Source: Azolla caroliniana
Taxonomy: Eukaryota; Plantae; Polypodiophyta
Length of the DNA: 64,000 nucleotides
Assembly (NCBI GenBank): GCA_043228905.1
Contig: JBHGNT010000006.1
Coordinates: 1,984,001-2,048,000, forward strand
Direction: 5' to 3'
In this document: piece by piece, positions 61,353 through 64,000 of the stretch
Layout: every line of letters begins with the position of its first letter
How positions within the stretch are numbered: the first letter of the stretch is position 1
Position numbers and translations under genes: made by a program
The notes under the pieces: model-generated
What the model saw: only the letters and a program-made list of their open reading frames with translations
The model's database searches: none
What the model was told of the DNA's origin: nothing

Positions 61353-64000
61353 AACATTTTTCCCATGAAACAACCCCTAAGCCTGTCTTTTCGATACTCT
61401 TTACCAAACTGTCCGTAAACAAGTTTTGGCGAAAAATTACAGCAATGCCCTCCTAGACCCACCCAAATCCATTGACCGTTACGTGCTGCAAATTTATCCG
61501 TGTACTGTTTTACAGTAAGTTTCGGAAACGTTAGGGGTCTTTTGGTAACTTGTATCAAAAGCTTTTATTCGTTCTTCCCCTCGAGTAATGTTTCTCATCC
61601 GTTGTGTGTATTTCCTTCCATACACATATTATTTGCTTTCATCACATGATATTCAATATGATTAATCTATGCAATACTTACATCTTGAGTTTTCTAAAAG
61701 TTGGGCTTTGTTCTATGCAACACTCTAGTCGGAATTGTGCTTTTGCATTGTGAGCAATATCACAAAGGCAATTCATGTTGATTAACACATAACTATTTGT
61801 AAGTTGGTGATTTTGTTTACCCCTAAAGCCGTTACAAAGGAGAACAATTGCCATTATATATGGAACTATGTGTACGCCTTAATATGATAGTTCAATAAAT
61901 GTAATGAATCAAAAGGATAAGATAGAGAGTGGGCAGTTAAGAATCAGCTCTAAATTGTTATGAATTTGAAAAGCTTACAAGCAAGGACCTAGACATAAGA
62001 ATTAGTTTACTAGTCATAATGAACTTATAGAGATAGTCAACAATGACCTATTTATGTCAAAGGAGCGAGGAGCTTCTACTAGTTTGAATTGTGACCATTC
62101 CGAAACATTGAACTATGACTGAATTTACAATTCAAAGAAGTTAATTATTGTAATTATCTTTCCAAAGTATTATAGGGTGGAGTGAGGAAGTTAACCCCAT
62201 AGTTCCACTTTAGCATTATTGCTTGGAGAATATATGCTGTGAATTCCACTTATCACAATTGCTTGTACAATATGTGTGACGAAGAAAATGTAGACTTTCA
62301 AAATGTAACCTAGATACCTTATTAACGAGGATACATGGTAATTGATAATGGAATGTGGAAGTATGGGATGACAAGTCTTAGAGGCTTGGGCCAATCCATG
62401 TGATGGTGGTGTCAATGAAATCATGACTTCGTGATGGGATGTGTAGGGCTATATTTCAAAGTTGAATATATTTAGAATCTAATGATTATAAACCTATGGC
62501 AATATATTCACGTTAGGTTACCAATAATATTTTTCTTGGCCTGCAAGAGAGAGAGAGAGAGAGAGATATTTGGAACACGTAGTCCAACAACTTTTAACAT
62601 GAGCATCCATCTTTGTTCATCACCAATTGATTCCTAAACAATTCTAAGCAAAACATAGTTGGGTCCCAGCATGTGATGAAGACGTGTTGTTATGTTTTAG
62701 AGAATTACAAATTAACATATAAGCTAGATGGTGGAGGAGATCAACAAATATTGTTAATAAGGTTATTAATATATGGCTCCACTATGCATGAATGCTGAAA
62801 TACATGGCATTGTTTATCTAGAAACTTTTGTGCCCTAGAAGAATCATTCTTCATGGAAAAATATGTCCTCATTTTCAAATTTTATTGCAAACTTGACCGG
62901 TACATAGACAAATAAAATTCCCAAAAAATAGAATTCACCAAGTTCATACAATCATTCTTTAAAGACAAGTAACAAATATGGATAATGGGAGAATTTGTTC
63001 TTTCTTCTCTTTTTGATATTTATCTTGGGTTGGAGAATCTTGTGGAAATTATATACGTATGGAAGTCACAACATAGCCTCAAATCTTAGTAAATGCATTG
63101 TTTTGCTTTATGATACTCGGAGTTCAAATATTGCTATACATTCTAAGTTACTACATGCCGGCCTTAGGGTTCAACGGTTACTAGATTAGCACTAGCCTAG
63201 GTTCAACGCCTACTAGATTGCTTTATGTGTTGTATAAGTTTGGGGGGAGGGGGGGGTGCAATTTCTTAGAGTTTGTGGAAGCGACATGAATGACATACGT
63301 ACACATATGTACATGTATTTTTGTATATATACGGAGGAGAGAGAAAGAAAGAAAAATATATTAATGTCTTCTAAGACCAAAATTGGCCCACGAGACAATT
63401 GGTTTACAACAAAAATGGAGTATTTACCCATTCATCGAAAGTAAAAGTAAAAATAGAAATAAAATAGAACTTTAGCGAAAGAGTTCTAGTAAACAAACAT
63501 GTTTGATGGCTTTATACTAGGCCTAGTTTCATTTCCATTCAAGTCTCTTGAAAAGAAGTGGGAGGTCAAAAGGTTTCGATGTGGATGTGGCCCGTGATCC
63601 TAATGTAAAAGGTACCCCAACCATAGCTTCTAGGCGATGTAGCTTGCGTTCCCTTATCTTCTTAATTGTTTCTATTCCACGTCGAGTTGCTTTGAAGCCC
63701 AACATCCGAGGGCGTTTGGTTGTTCTTTGCATTTCTGCTTCATCAAGAGAGAGGCTAAGTGGTGTACATGTGTCCACATTCATCGTCTCCCCTTGTTCCT
63801 GAAAAATTACATTAGTTACATGTTGATGAATATTAAAATGGTTATGGTTAACACTTTGTAGTTTATTCTCCTTATGTTGTTTTAGCTCTAAGATATACGT
63901 ACCTAGTCTCTTTATATCCGGGGTATCTAATAGTTTGGAGAGGGTGGGAGATGGTCCATTCTCAATCTCAAGTTGGTGAGATGATATACTAAGTTGTCCA

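Overview
AT-rich nuclear DNA of a land plant. Fern-like is an inference from the PLS-PPR debris, the repeat-built introns and the microsatellite-rich promoters. Five host genes are visible: the first two exons of an unidentified minus-strand gene running off the left edge; a two-exon GT14-like/Core-2 I-branching glycosyltransferase (8587-11327); an intronless VQ-motif gene (17754-16456); a ~21-exon FANCM helicase (43970-54647) containing an AT-AC U12 intron; and a group-6-like remorin (57992-61352). Between them lie two PLS-PPR pseudogene fragments, LINE remnants, decayed gypsy pieces and a decayed Ty1/copia element (31811-39202). The most unusual structure is inside the copia. Two different TGT...ACA elements inserted at the same 4-bp target word (CCGT and its reverse complement ACGG). 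The larger one carries 8 copies of a conserved ~60-75-nt imperfect hairpin, capped by a G(CUUG)C tetraloop on the minus strand and separated by variable spacers. Other notable signals are an 8x W-box cluster downstream of the VQ gene and a duplicated FANCM start exon that forms a uORF. All calls were made by eye; no searches or folding programs were run.
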